Shown piece by piece: positions 32,241 to 43,452 of a DNA stretch of 64,000 bases. Each line of letters opens with the position of its first letter. The stretch's first letter is position 1. Below the pieces are notes generated by a model. It had not been told where the DNA came from, did not search any database, and saw only the letters and a program-made list of their open reading frames with translations. The position numbers were made by a program, and so were the translations under genes. Origin of the DNA: Escherichia coli (GTDB lineage: Bacteria; Pseudomonadota; Gammaproteobacteria; Enterobacterales; Enterobacteriaceae); assembly GCF_013122565.1 (NCBI RefSeq), contig NZ_CP053258.1. One strand, 5' to 3'.

Positions 32241-32456
32241 ATGTTTACTTATTATCAGGCAGAAAATTCAACAGCAGAACCCGCTCTGGTTAATGCCATT
32301 GAGCAAGGCCTTCGGGCAGAGCACGGTGTTGTCACTGAAGATGACATTCTCATGGAGCTGACCAAATGGGTGGAAGCTTCTGATAACGACATCCTCAGTG
32401 ATATCTACCAGCAAACGATCAATTATGTGGTCAGTGGCCAGCACCCTACGCTTTAA
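32241..32456 (+). CDS. bdm: Biofilm-dependent modulation protein Bdm, 71 aa
   Basis: ATG at 32241 (track ORF extended upstream); MFTYYQAENSTAEPALVNAIEQ... Confidence 0.88.
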   Translation: MFTYYQAENSTAEPALVNAIEQGLRAEHGVVTEDDILMELTKWVEASDNDILSDIYQQTINYVVSGQHPTL

Positions 32457-32557
32457 GGTGCTATGCTTGATCGGCAACCTAATTTAGGGGTTTAGCACGT
32501 GTTTCTTCGCTACGGCGATGTTGTCCTTAAAACTAGCAACAGGATTGAGGAGTTAAA

Positions 32558-32695
32558 ATGAAATCGAACCGTCAGGCACGTCATATTCTTGGACTGGACC
32601 ATAAAATATCTAACCAGCGCAAAATAGTTACCGAAGGTGACAAATCCAGCGTGGTAAATAACCCAACCGGCAGAAAACGCCCCGCTGAAAAGTAA
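32558..32695 (+). CDS. sra: Stationary-phase ribosome-associated protein Sra (S22), 45 aa
   Basis: Below the ORF-track cutoff; read from DNA: RBS gaggag then ATG at 32558, [48 protein letters not shown] at 32693. Confidence 0.88.
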
Positions 32696-32726
32696 TTCAT
32701 AACCATCAGTCCTCAATGACGATTAA

Positions 32727-32760
32727 ACACCATTGCCTGCGCAATGGTGTTTTTGTTTTT
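32727..32760 (+). terminator. Strong rho-independent terminator after bdm-sra
   Basis: 10-bp perfect stem acaccattgc / ctgc / gcaatggtgt followed by ttttgttttt. Confidence 0.85.
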
Positions 32761-32851
32761 ATCTGCTTTATACTTGGGGCCGACGCCCTGGCGGTAAAGC
32801 AAAGACAATAAAAGCCCCCCAGGGATGGATATTCAAAAAAGAGTGAGTGAC

Positions 32852-34549
32852 ATGGAACCAAAAACAAAAAAACAGCGTTCGCTTTATATCCCTTACGCTG
32901 GCCCTGTACTGCTGGAATTTCCGTTGTTGAATAAAGGCAGTGCCTTCAGCATGGAAGAACGCCGTAACTTCAACCTGCTGGGGTTACTGCCGGAAGTGGT
33001 CGAAACCATCGAAGAACAAGCGGAACGAGCATGGATCCAGTATCAGGGATTCAAAACCGAAATCGACAAGCACATCTACCTACGTAACATCCAGGACACC
33101 AACGAAACCCTCTTCTACCGTCTGGTAAACAATCATCTTGATGAGATGATGCCTGTTATTTATACCCCAACCGTCGGCGCAGCCTGTGAGCGTTTTTCTG
33201 AGATCTACCGCCGTTCACGCGGCGTGTTTATCTCTTATCAGAACCGCCACAATATGGACGATATTCTGCAAAACGTGCCGAACCATAATATTAAAGTGAT
33301 TGTGGTGACTGACGGTGAACGTATTCTGGGGCTTGGTGACCAGGGCATCGGCGGGATGGGCATTCCGATCGGTAAACTGTCGCTCTATACCGCCTGTGGC
33401 GGCATCAGCCCGGCGTATACCCTTCCGGTGGTGCTGGATGTCGGGACGAATAACCAACAGCTGCTTAACGATCCGCTGTATATGGGCTGGCGTAATCCGC
33501 GTATCACTGACGATGAATACTATGAATTCATTGATGAATTTATCCAGGCGGTGAAGCAACGCTGGCCGGACGTGCTGTTGCAGTTTGAAGACTTCGCTCA
33601 AAAAAATGCGATGCCGTTACTTAACCGCTATCGCAATGAAATTTGTTCTTTTAACGATGACATTCAGGGCACTGCGGCGGTAACAGTCGGCACACTGATC
33701 GCAGCAAGCCGCGCGGCAGGTGGTCAGTTAAGCGAGAAAAAAATCGTCTTCCTTGGCGCAGGTTCAGCGGGATGTGGCATTGCCGAAATGATCATCGCCC
33801 AGACCCAGCGCGAAGGATTAAGCGAGGAAGCAGCACGGCAGAAAGTCTTTATGGTCGATCGCTTTGGCCTGCTGACTGACAAGATGCCGAACCTGCTGCC
33901 TTTCCAGACCAAACTGGTGCAGAAGCGCGAAAACCTCAGTGACTGGGATACCGACAGCGATGTGCTGTCACTGCTGGATGTGGTGCGCAATGTAAAACCA
34001 GATATTCTGATTGGCGTCTCAGGACAGACCGGGCTGTTTACGGAAGAGATCATCCGTGAGATGCATAAACACTGTCCGCGTCCGATCGTGATGCCGCTGT
34101 CTAACCCGACGTCACGCGTGGAAGCCACACCGCAGGACATTATCGCCTGGACCGAAGGTAATGCGCTGGTCGCCACGGGCAGTCCGTTTAATCCAGTGGT
34201 ATGGAAAGATAAAATCTACCCTATCGCCCAGTGTAACAACGCCTTTATTTTCCCGGGCATCGGGCTGGGTGTTATTGCTTCCGGCGCGTCACGTATCACC
34301 GATGAGATGCTGATGTCAGCAAGTGAAACGCTTGCTCAGTATTCGCCGCTGGTGCTGAACGGCGAAGGTCTGGTACTACCGGAACTGAAAGATATTCAGA
34401 AAGTCTCCCGCGCAATTGCGTTTGCGGTTGGCAAAATGGCGCAGCAGCAAGGCGTGGCGGTCAAAACGTCTGCTGAAGCTTTGCAACAAGCCATTGACGA
34501 TAATTTCTGGCAAGCCGAATACCGCGACTACCGCCGAACCTCAATCTAA
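32852..34549 (+). CDS. maeA: NAD-dependent malic enzyme, 565 aa
   Basis: ATG at 32852 (track ORF extended 9 codons); malic enzyme family, full length. Confidence 0.96.
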   Translation: MEPKTKKQRSLYIPYAGPVLLEFPLLNKGSAFSMEERRNFNLLGLLPEVVETIEEQAERAWIQYQGFKTEIDKHIYLRNIQDTNETLFYRLVNNHLDEMMPVIYTPTVGAACERFSEIYRRSRGVFISYQNRHNMDDILQNVPNHNIKVIVVTDGERILGLGDQGIGGMGIPIGKLSLYTACGGISPAYTLPVVLDVGTNNQQLLNDPLYMGWRNPRITDDEYYEFIDEFIQAVKQRWPDVLLQFEDFAQKNAMPLLNRYRNEICSFNDDIQGTAAVTVGTLIAASRAAGGQLSEKKIVFLGAGSAGCGIAEMIIAQTQREGLSEEAARQKVFMVDRFGLLTDKMPNLLPFQTKLVQKRENLSDWDTDSDVLSLLDVVRNVKPDILIGVSGQTGLFTEEIIREMHKHCPRPIVMPLSNPTSRVEATPQDIIAWTEGNALVATGSPFNPVVWKDKIYPIAQCNNAFIFPGIGLGVIASGASRITDEMLMSASETLAQYSPLVLNGEGLVLPELKDIQKVSRAIAFAVGKMAQQQGVAVKTSAEALQQAIDDNFWQAEYRDYRRTSI

Positions 34550-34556
34550 GCCTGTA

Positions 34557-34587
34557 CCCGGTAGTGAAGGCTACCGGGCAATTTTCC
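34557..34587 (+). terminator. Rho-independent terminator after maeA
   Basis: cccggtag / tgaagg / ctaccggg followed by caatttt. Confidence 0.7.
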
Positions 34588-34681
34588 TCCTCTTTTTCAG
34601 ATCTCATCCATACTGGGTAGTGGTGATTAAATCTCATTTGCCTCACCTGCTATGCAGAACATCATCCGAAAAGGAGGAACT

Positions 34682-35692
34682 ATGAAGGCTGCAGTTGTTA
34701 CGAAGGATCATCATGTTGACGTTACGGATAAAACACTGCGCTCACTGAAACATGGCGAAGCCCTGCTGAAAATGGAGTGTTGTGGTGTATGTCATACCGA
34801 TCTTCATGTTAAGAATGGCGATTTTGGTGACAAAACCGGCGTAATTCTGGGCCATGAAGGGATTGGTGTGGTGGCAGAAGTGGGTCCAGGTGTCACCTCA
34901 TTAAAACCAGGCGATCGTGCCAGCGTGGCGTGGTTTTACGAAGGATGCGGTCATTGCGAATACTGTAACAGTGGTAACGAAACGCTCTGCCGTTCAGTTA
35001 AAAATGCCGGATACAGCGTTGATGGCGGGATGGCGGAAGAGTGCATAGTGGTCGCCGATTACGCGGTAAAAGTGCCAGATGGCCTGGACTCGGCGGCGGC
35101 CAGCAGCATTACCTGTGCGGGGGTCACCACCTACAAAGCCGTTAAGCTGTCAAAAATTCGTCCAGGGCAGTGGATTGCTATCTACGGTCTTGGCGGTCTG
35201 GGTAACCTCGCCCTGCAATACGCGAAGAATGTCTTTAACGCCAAAGTGATCGCCATTGATGTCAATGATGAGCAGTTAAAACTGGCAACCGAAATGGGCG
35301 CTGATTTAGCGATTAACTCACGCACTGAAGACGCCGCCAAAATTGTGCAGGAGAAAACCGGTGGCGCTCACGCTGCGGTGGTAACAGCAGTAGCTAAAGC
35401 TGCGTTTAACTCGGCAGTTGATGCTGTCCGTGCAGGTGGGCGTGTTGTGGCAGTCGGTCTGCCGCCGGAGTCTATGAGCCTGGATATCCCACGCCTTGTG
35501 CTGGATGGCATTGAAGTGGTCGGTTCTCTGGTCGGCACGCGCCAGGATCTAACCGAAGCCTTCCAGTTTGCCGCCGAAGGCAAAGTGGTGCCGAAAGTCG
35601 CCCTGCGTCCGTTAGCGGACATCAACACCATCTTTACCGAGATGGAAGAAGGCAAAATCCGTGGCCGTATGGTGATTGATTTCCGCCGCTAA
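34682..35692 (+). CDS. adhP: Zn-dependent alcohol dehydrogenase AdhP, 336 aa
   Basis: aaggagg RBS; ATG at 34682; Zn-ligand motifs GHEGIGVV and CGHCEYC. Confidence 0.96.
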   Translation: MKAAVVTKDHHVDVTDKTLRSLKHGEALLKMECCGVCHTDLHVKNGDFGDKTGVILGHEGIGVVAEVGPGVTSLKPGDRASVAWFYEGCGHCEYCNSGNETLCRSVKNAGYSVDGGMAEECIVVADYAVKVPDGLDSAAASSITCAGVTTYKAVKLSKIRPGQWIAIYGLGGLGNLALQYAKNVFNAKVIAIDVNDEQLKLATEMGADLAINSRTEDAAKIVQEKTGGAHAAVVTAVAKAAFNSAVDAVRAGGRVVAVGLPPESMSLDIPRLVLDGIEVVGSLVGTRQDLTEAFQFAAEGKVVPKVALRPLADINTIFTEMEEGKIRGRMVIDFRR

Positions 35693-35837
35693 GAGGCCTT
35701 TGCTGCGACTGCCATGTTCGGGTCGCAGCATCGCACACTCTCCAACATGAAATGGCTAAATGGATTATTGTTGCGTAGGAAGGAACAATAATGATAGTGT
35801 TCCCAGAGAAGGAACGCTACTGAGAGTAAAGACACTA

Positions 35838-36122
35838 ATGAAAATGGCCAATCATCCCCGCCCGGGGGACATTATTCAGGAATCACTGGACGAACTTAAT
35901 GTCAGCCTGCGCGAGTTTGCCAGAGCAATGGAAATTGCTCCCTCAACGGCAAGCCGATTGCTGACAGGAAAAGCAGCTTTGACGCCAGAAATGGCAATTA
36001 AACTTTCCGTGGTGATCGGCAGTTCGCCGCAAATGTGGCTGAATCTGCAAAACGCCTGGAGTCTGGCAGAGGCTGAAAAAACGGTGGATGTGTCGCGATT
36101 ACGCCGTCTGGTTACGCAATAA
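35838..36122 (+). CDS. yddM: HigA-like XRE-family HTH protein (putative antitoxin), about 94 aa
   Basis: HTH region [34 protein letters not shown]; start could be 35838 or an upstream in-frame ATG (track ORF begins 35760). Confidence 0.75.
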
Positions 36123-36175
36123 AAAAATGGAACTTTATAAAGCGCCATTTAGAACTGATGACAAACGCAACATTG

Positions 36176-36275
36176 CCTGATGCGCTACGCTTATCAGGCC
36201 TACATGTTCACTGCAATCTATTGTATTTGAAGGGTTTGTAGGCCGGATAAGGCGTTCACGCCGCATCCGGCATGA
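36176..36275. repeat. REP (repetitive extragenic palindromic) elements
   Basis: gcctgatgcgctacgcttatcaggcctac and gccggataaggcgttcacgccgcatccggca, canonical E. coli REP units. Confidence 0.85.
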
Positions 36276-36350
36276 ACAAAGCCTACGTTGTCTACAATAT
36301 GAAAATGACGCCTTTTACAGCGCCATTTTCAGCTTAAAGTTCAAAAGAGA

Positions 36351-37004
36351 TTATATCCCTTCTTCACTCTCTTTTTTCGCTTCTGCCTTCTCGATTTCAC
36401 GATACCAGCGCGGATGGTGTTTCTTCGCCCAGCGACGGCTCACCTTCCCTTCGATCATCCCTTTAATCGATCCTTTCACCCAGAATGCCATATACATATG
36501 GATCAGGATGGCGTGGATCAGGATGATACCCGCAGCCGCGTGGATCAGCAGGCTGTAGCGAACAACTTGCATCGGGAAGTACTGCGCAAAGTACGGACGC
36601 CAGATAATTACCCCGGTCACCAGCAGCACAAAAATCATACTCATGATTGACCAGAACATCATCTTTTGCCCGGCGTTGTACTTACCAACATCCGCCACTT
36701 TATGCTCATTGCCTTTCAATACTTCGACAATGTTCAACAGCCACGGAATATCTTTCTTATCCGGGATGTTGTGATGCACAAAACGCACAAACATAAACAT
36801 CAGCGCGACGAAAATCGCAATGCCGAAGAACGGGTGCAAAATGCGTCCCATCTGCGGCGTACCGAAGGTTTGCGTCAGCCATTGCAGCGTCGGGAAGAAG
36901 AACGAAATCCCGGACAGCGCCACCAGGAAGAAGCAAATCACCACGGTCCAGTGACAGGCGCGATCAATAAATTTGGTGCGCACAATCATTTTCGACTTAC
37001 TCAT
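36351..37004 (-). CDS. fdnI: Formate dehydrogenase-N gamma subunit (cytochrome b556), 217 aa
   Basis: Start at internal Met ([19 protein letters not shown]...); four transmembrane helices with His ligands; start overlaps the fdnH 3' end by 8 nt. Confidence 0.93.
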
Positions 37005-37881
37005 GATGATCCTCCTCGTCATCGTCCACTTCCTTATTCGGGCCAATACCGATGTAGTGGAAAATCAACCCGGCAAAAGTGGCAATAAAGCCAGCCGCTG
37101 CCAGCGGTTTCAACGCGCCTTTCCACAGGCTTACCGAGGTGTCGATCTTCGGATCTTTCGGCAGACCGTGATACAGCTCCGGCTGATCGGCGTGATGCAG
37201 CACGTACATAACGTGCGTACCACCGACCCCTTCCGGGTTGTAGACGCCAGCATGTTCGTAACCACGCGCTTTCAGTTTCGCCACGCGCTGTTCCGCCAGC
37301 TCCAGCATCTCCTTCTTGGTGCCGAAGTGGATAGCCCCGGTCGGACAGGTTTTCACACAAGCCGGTTCCTGGCCGACGCTGACGCGATCGACGCAGAGCG
37401 TGCATTTATATACCCGGTTATCCTCTTTGTTGAGGCGCGGAATATTAAACGGACACCCGGCAATGCAGTAACCACAGCCGATGCAGTTTTCCGACTGGAA
37501 ATCGACAATCCCGTTAGCGTACTGAATGATTGCACCAGCAGATGGGCACGCCTTCAGGCAGCCGGGATCTTCACAGTGCATACAGCCGTCTTTACGGATC
37601 AGCCACTCCAGCTTGCCGTTCTGTTCGGTTTCGCTAAAGCGCATCACCGTCCAGGACTTGGCGCTCAGATCGGCGGGGTTATCGTAAACCCCGACGCAGT
37701 GCCCCACTTCATCACGGATGTCGTTCCACTCCGAACACGCCACCTGACAGGCTTTACAACCGATACAGGTGGAAACGTCGATAAGCTTCGCGACTTCTGC
37801 TTTGTAATCACGCACCTGAGAAGGCGGCGTGATGGAGTTAGTTGCGGACCTTTTGATAATGTCCTGCGTTTCCATAGCCAT
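36997..37881 (-). CDS. fdnH: Formate dehydrogenase-N beta subunit (4x[4Fe-4S]), 294 aa
   Basis: Four ferredoxin-type Cys clusters ([27 protein letters not shown]...C); C-terminal membrane anchor. Confidence 0.95.
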   Translation of the reverse strand: MAMETQDIIKRSATNSITPPSQVRDYKAEVAKLIDVSTCIGCKACQVACSEWNDIRDEVGHCVGVYDNPADLSAKSWTVMRFSETEQNGKLEWLIRKDGCMHCEDPGCLKACPSAGAIIQYANGIVDFQSENCIGCGYCIAGCPFNIPRLNKEDNRVYKCTLCVDRVSVGQEPACVKTCPTGAIHFGTKKEMLELAEQRVAKLKARGYEHAGVYNPEGVGGTHVMYVLHHADQPELYHGLPKDPKIDTSVSLWKGALKPLAAAGFIATFAGLIFHYIGIGPNKEVDDDEEDHHE

Positions 37882-37893
37882 CTGTTCGCCCCC

Positions 37894-40800
37894 TTACGCC
37901 TTCTCGATGTTGACTAAGAACGCTTTATATTCCGGCGTTTGCGAGTTTGCATCACCGACATTCGGCGTCAGAGTGTTAGCGATATAACCTTTACGCGCGA
38001 CACCCTCAAAGCCCCAGTGGATCGGAATACCCACCGTTTCAACCTGCTGACCATTTACATTCAGCGGTTTCAGACGGCGCGTTACCACCGCCACCGCGCG
38101 GATAAAGCCACGCTTGCTTGAGACAGTGACACGATCGCCATTATTAATGCCTTTCGCCGCCGCCAGCGTTTCGCTGATTTCCACAAACTGTTCCGGCTGA
38201 GCAATTGCGTTGAGCAACGCGTGCTTGGTCCAGGTGTGGAAGTGCTCGGTCAGACGATAGGTCGTACCCACATACGGGAACTGCTCTTTTTTACCCATCC
38301 GCAGCGCGTCTTGTTCATACAGACGAACGACCGGGTTAGACACCACGTTCGGATGCAGCGGGTTAGTGCCCAGCGGCGTTTCAATCGGCTCGTAGTGTTC
38401 CGGGAACGGACCTTCCGCCATTTTGTTGATGGCAAACAGGCGTCCCATCCCTTCCGGCTGCATGATAAACGGCCCGGTTGGCGTACCCGGTGCGGCATTG
38501 CCGAAGTCCGGAATATCGTTACCCGTCCACTTGCTGCCGTTCCACTGGATCAGCATCCGTTTCGGATCCCACGGTTTACCGTTGATATCCGCCGAAGCAC
38601 GGTTGTAGAGTACGCGACGGTTGAGCGGCCACGCCCAGGCCCATCCCAGCGTATTCCCCAGACCGGACGGGTCGGAGTTATCGCGGTTAGCCATCTGGTT
38701 GCCCTGCTCTGTCCAGCTACCGGTGTAGATCCAGCAAGAAGATGCGGTTGTACCGTCATCACGCAGATGCGCAAAGCTACTCAGCAACTGACCTTTCTTC
38801 GCAATCAGCACGCCATTTGCGTCATAGAGATCTTCCAGCGCATAGCCGTTGTTCTCTTTTGCCACTTCGTCAGATTGCGGTTCGTGCGGCTGCTTGTAGT
38901 TCCAGCTCATCTTCATCAGCGGTTCTACGCCTTTACCACCTTCGGCCTGGTACAGCTCGCGCAGATGATGGTAGATACCCGCCAGAATTTCGCCGTCGTT
39001 ACGCGCTTCGCCCGGCGCGTCCTGACCTTTCCAGTGCCACTGCAACCAGCGACCGGAGTTAGCGATAGAACCATCTTCTTCGGCAAAGCAGGTCGAAGGC
39101 AGACGGAATACTTCAGTCTGAATAGACGCCGGATCGACATCGTTCGACTCGCCGTGGTTCTGCCAGAAGGTAGAGGTTTCAGTCACCAGCGGATCGATAA
39201 CCACCATGTACTTCAGCTTGCTCAGGCAGCTCACCACTTTGTTTTTGTCCGGGAAGGACGCAACCGGGTTAAAGCCCTGGCAGAAATAACCGGTGACTTT
39301 GCCTTCGTCCATCATGTTGAAATACTTGATGACGTCGTAGGTCTGGTCCCACTTCGGCAGCCAGTCATAGCCCCAGTTGTTCTCTTTCTGCGCGGCATCG
39401 CCATAGAAAGATTTCATCAGGCTAACGAAGAACTTCGGATAGTTGCTCCAGTAGTTCACCTGATCAGCCAGCGTCGCTTTCGGCGTGTTCGCTTCCAGAT
39501 ACGACTGCAAATCAACCTGTTTTTCTGACGGCAGCGTCAGATAACCTGGCAGGCTGGTAGAGAGCAGGCCTAAGTCAGTCAGGCCCTGAATGTTGGAGTG
39601 ACCACGCAATGCGTTCACGCCGCCACCGGCCATACCCATGTTACCGAGCAGCAACTGGATCATCGCCATAGTACGGATGTTCTGCGCACCCACGGTGTGC
39701 TGCGTCCAGCCCAGCGCGTACAGGAAGGTGGTTGTGCGATCCGGTGCGCTGGTGGAGGCCAGCACTTCACACACTTTCAGGAAGTCGGCTTTTGGCGTAC
39801 CGCAGATGTTTTCAACGACGTCCGGCGTGTAGCGGGAAACGTGCGCTTTCAGCAGGTTCCACACACAGCGCGGATGAGTCAGTGTTTCATCGCGTTTCGC
39901 ATAGCCGTTTTCATCGAACTGATAGTTCCAGGACGATTTATCGTATTGCCGTTTTTCAGCGTCGTAGCCGCTGAACAGACCGTCTTCGAAAGCAAAATCA
40001 TCACGCACCAGCAGGCTGGCGTTGGTGTAATGCTTAACATATTCGGCGTTGATTTTGTTGTTTTCGATCAGGTAGCGCAAAACGCCAGACAGGAACGTAA
40101 TGTCCGTACCGGAACGAATAGGTGCGTAAATATCCGCCACAGAAGCGGTACGCGTAAAACGGGGATCGACAACGATCAGGGTTGCATCGTTGTTGTTTTT
40201 CGCTTCCATCGCCCAGCGGAAACCGACGGGATGCGCTTCCGCAGCGTTACCGCCCATTACCATTACGACGTTAGCGTTTTTGATATCCACCCAGTGGTTG
40301 GTCATCGCACCGCGACCAAATGTTGGAGCAAGACTTGCTACCGTTGGTCCGTGTCAGACGCGCGCCTGGTTGTCTACCGCCAGCATCCCGAGGGAGCGGG
40401 CAAATTTCTGGGTCAGCATCCCGGTTTCGTTGCTGGCACCGGAGGCACACAGCATACCGGTAGAAAGCCAACGGTTTACCGTTACGCCCTGCTCGTTCTT
40501 TTCAATAAAGTTAGCGTCACGGTCAGCTTTCATCAGCTTCGCAATACGGGTGAATGCTTCTTCCCAGCTAATGCGCTGCCATTTGTCAGAACCTGGCGCA
40601 CGATATTCCGGGTAGCGCAGACGGTTTTCGCTGTTGACGTAATCCAGCAAACCGGCCCCTTTCGGACACAGCGCACCACGGCTTACCGGATGATCCGGGT
40701 CACCTTCAATGTGATAAATCGCTTCTCTGGCGTTTTTCGCGCCATCACCCAGGCTATACATCAATAGCCCGCAACCTACGGAACAGTATGTGCAGGTGTT

Positions 40801-40941
40801 ACGGATCTCTTTAGCGCGTAATAATTTGTAGTTTCGCGCCTGAGCCAGTGCTTGCTTCGGGGCAAAGCCCAATGCCGCTACTGTTGTTCCAGCCATACCG
40901 CCCGCGCAGATTTTAAAAAATTGTCTGCGACTGACGTCCAT
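37894..40941 (-). CDS. fdnG: Formate dehydrogenase-N alpha subunit, selenoprotein; in-frame UGA (Sec) at 40354-40356, about 1015 aa
   Basis: Two adjacent same-frame minus-strand ORFs (40354..40941 and 37894..40305) separated only by one TGA; Tat signal RRQFFK at the N-terminus; molybdopterin enzyme motifs. Confidence 0.93.
40311..40353 (-). ncRNA. Candidate SECIS stem-loop immediately 3' of the fdnG UGA (mRNA element)
   Basis: mRNA after UGA: CACGGACCAACGGUAGCAAGUCUUGCUCCAACAUUUGGUC, with GACCAA...UUGGUC and GCAAG...CUUGC complementary arms. Confidence 0.6.
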
Positions 40942-41005
40942 TGCTTTCCTCTTTTTTCAGGGGTATTACTGCGCGAGGAAACTAACAGTAAAATTCTGAA
41001 TCTTT

Positions 41006-41019
41006 TTGCGCGAAATCAA
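41006..41019. promoter_or_regulatory. FNR-box-like site upstream of fdnG
   Basis: TTGCG-cgaa-ATCAA versus consensus TTGAT-N4-ATCAA, about 70 bp upstream of the fdnG start codon. Confidence 0.5.
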
Positions 41020-41172
41020 AAAGAACACGTGTTTGCCACAAAATAATCCGCCTGCGCAAATTGACCTACCTCAATAGCGGTAGAAAAACGCACCACTGCC
41101 TGACAGGCCAGTTAAAAAAATGCTATAAAATTCAGCTTAATTTTTAACGGCAAGAGAGACAAAACAGCGAGC

Positions 41173-42054
41173 ATGACACGACAAAAAGCAACGCTCATAG
41201 GGCTAATAGCGATCGTCCTGTGGAGCACGATGGTAGGATTGATTCGCGGTGTCAGTGAGGGGCTCGGCCCGGTCGGCGGTGCAGCTGCTATCTATTCATT
41301 AAGCGGGCTGCTGTTAATCTTCACAGTTGGATTTCCGCGTATTCGGCAAATCCCGAAAGGCTATTTGCTCGCCGGGAGTCTGTTATTCGTCAGCTATGAA
41401 ATCTGTCTGGCGCTTTCATTAGGGTATGCGGCGACCCGTCATCAGGCGATTGAAGTGGGTATGGTGAACTATCTATGGCCCAGCCTGACAATTCTCTTTG
41501 CCATTCTGTTTAATGGTCAGAAAACCAACTGGCTGATTGTACCAGGATTATTATTAGCCCTCGTCGGCGTCTGCTGGGTGCTAGGCGGTGACAATGGGTT
41601 ACATTATGATGAAATCATCAATAATATCACCACCAGTCCATTGAGTTATTTCCTGGCGTTTATTGGTGCGTTTATCTGGGCAGCCTATTGCACAGTAACG
41701 AATAAATACGCACGCGGATTTAATGGAATTACCGTTTTTGTCCTGCTAACGGGAGCAAGTCTGTGGGTTTACTATTTTCTCACGCCACAACCAGAAATGG
41801 TATTTAGCACGCCCGTCATGATTAAACTCATCTCTGCGGCATTTACCTTAGGATTTGCTTATGCTGCATGGAATGTCGGTATATTGCATGGCAACGTCAC
41901 TATTATGGCGGTAGGTTCGTATTTTACGCCCGTACTTTCCTCAGCGCTTGCAGCCGTGCTGCTCAGCGCCCCGCTGTCGTTCTCGTTCTGGCAAGGCGCG
42001 CTAATGGTCTGCGGCGGTTCCCTGCTCTGCTGGCTGGCGACACGTCGTGGTTAA
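41173..42054 (+). CDS. yddG: Aromatic amino acid exporter (DMT family), 293 aa
   Basis: Ten-helix EamA-like membrane protein, full length. Confidence 0.93.
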   Translation: MTRQKATLIGLIAIVLWSTMVGLIRGVSEGLGPVGGAAAIYSLSGLLLIFTVGFPRIRQIPKGYLLAGSLLFVSYEICLALSLGYAATRHQAIEVGMVNYLWPSLTILFAILFNGQKTNWLIVPGLLLALVGVCWVLGGDNGLHYDEIINNITTSPLSYFLAFIGAFIWAAYCTVTNKYARGFNGITVFVLLTGASLWVYYFLTPQPEMVFSTPVMIKLISAAFTLGFAYAAWNVGILHGNVTIMAVGSYFTPVLSSALAAVLLSAPLSFSFWQGALMVCGGSLLCWLATRRG

Positions 42055-42058
42055 AATA

Positions 42059-42083
42059 ACTGCCGGGTCTACGGCCCGGCAGT
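42059..42083 (+). terminator. Hairpin after yddG
   Basis: ctgccggg / loop / cccggcag; no strong T tract. Confidence 0.45.
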
Positions 42084-42313
42084 TAATCAGATAAATTCCG
42101 ACAATATTAAAAAAATAAACTTCAAATACCAGTAATTCACCTTATATCTCATTTCGACTTCGATCACATATCGATAAATAATATTATTTCATCTATTTTT
42201 CTCATTGTTTTTAATCACCGTTCTATTTTAAAAACAGTATGTCATTTATAAATGACGCCGTTTAAAATTCGTTTAGAAAATACGTTTAACGATAATTAAA
42301 AGGATTCTGTTAA

Positions 42314-43414
42314 ATGAAATTAAAAATAGTTGCGGTGGTTGTAACTGGTTTGTTAGCTGCGAACGTAGCACACGCTGCCGAAGTCTATAACAAGGATGGT
42401 AATAAACTCGACCTTTATGGCAAGGTTACCGCTCTACGTTATTTTACTGATGATAAGCGTGACGATGGTGATAAAACTTATGCCCGTCTCGGCTTTAAAG
42501 GAGAAACGCAAATCAATGATCAAATAGTTGGTTTTGGTCACTGGGAATATGATTTTAAAGGCTATAACGATGAAGCCAACGGCTCGCGCGGCAACAAGAC
42601 CCGTCTGGCCTATGCAGGTTTAAAAATTAGTGATTTTGGCTCTCTGGACTATGGTCGTAACTACGGTGTCGGCTATGACATTGGTTCATGGACCGATATG
42701 TTGCCAGAATTTGGTGGCGATACCTGGAGTCAGAAAGATGTCTTCATGACATACCGTACCACCGGTGTAGCAACCTATCGCAACTACGATTTCTTTGGCT
42801 TAATTGAAGGGCTGAACTTTGCCGCGCAATATCAAGGCAAAAATGAACGTACTGACAACAGTCATCTTTATGGTGCTGACTACACGCGCGCCAACGGTGA
42901 CGGTTTCGGTATCTCCTCAACTTATGTTTATGATGGCTTTGGTATCGGTGCGGTATATACCAAATCTGATCGGACAAATGCGCAGGAAAGAGCCGCTGCT
43001 AATCCTCTCAATGCCTCCGGTAAGAATGCAGAACTGTGGGCTACAGGTATAAAATATGGTGCCAACAACATCTACTTTGCAGCTAATTACGCTGAAACAT
43101 TAAACATGACCACCTATGGCGATGGTTATATCTCGAACAAAGCACAAAGTTTTGAAGTGGTGGCGCAATATCAATTCGACTTCGGCTTGCGCCCATCACT
43201 CGCTTACCTGAAATCGAAAGGCAGAGATCTGGGCCGCTACGGCGACCAGGACATGATTGAGTATATCGACGTTGGTGCGACGTATTTCTTCAACAAAAAT
43301 ATGTCGACCTATGTTGATTATAAAATCAACCTGATTGATGAAAGCGATTTTACCCGTGCCGTAGATATTCGCACCGATAACATCGTCGCTACGGGCATTA
43401 CCTATCAGTTCTAA
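42314..43414 (+). CDS. Intact OmpC/OmpD-family general porin, 366 aa (yddL position)
   Basis: Signal peptide ...[20 protein letters not shown]; porin hallmarks (PEFGGDT, C-terminal ...TYQF); adjacent to yddG as Salmonella ompD is. Confidence 0.88.
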   Translation: MKLKIVAVVVTGLLAANVAHAAEVYNKDGNKLDLYGKVTALRYFTDDKRDDGDKTYARLGFKGETQINDQIVGFGHWEYDFKGYNDEANGSRGNKTRLAYAGLKISDFGSLDYGRNYGVGYDIGSWTDMLPEFGGDTWSQKDVFMTYRTTGVATYRNYDFFGLIEGLNFAAQYQGKNERTDNSHLYGADYTRANGDGFGISSTYVYDGFGIGAVYTKSDRTNAQERAAANPLNASGKNAELWATGIKYGANNIYFAANYAETLNMTTYGDGYISNKAQSFEVVAQYQFDFGLRPSLAYLKSKGRDLGRYGDQDMIEYIDVGATYFFNKNMSTYVDYKINLIDESDFTRAVDIRTDNIVATGITYQF

Positions 43415-43427
43415 CATCCTCTCCTGA

Positions 43428-43452
43428 CCAGCCCTTCTCTGGGCTGGTTTTT
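43428..43452 (+). terminator. Rho-independent terminator after the porin gene
   Basis: ccagccc / ttctct / gggctgg followed by ttttt. Confidence 0.8.

Noticed and set aside
36973-37917. 314-aa plus-strand ORF
   Set aside because: Antisense to fdnH; shadow ORF.
38221-39528. 435-aa plus-strand ORF
   Set aside because: Lies entirely antisense within fdnG; Arg/Val-rich composition typical of reverse-frame artefacts in a GC-rich coding region.
39598-40767. 389-aa plus-strand ORF
   Set aside because: Antisense to the fdnG N-terminal half; no start context; shadow ORF.
42055-42313. Possible MicC-like sRNA upstream of the porin gene
   Set aside because: MicC is associated with the ompN locus, not this one; no conserved sRNA sequence or promoter-terminator pair seen in this gap.
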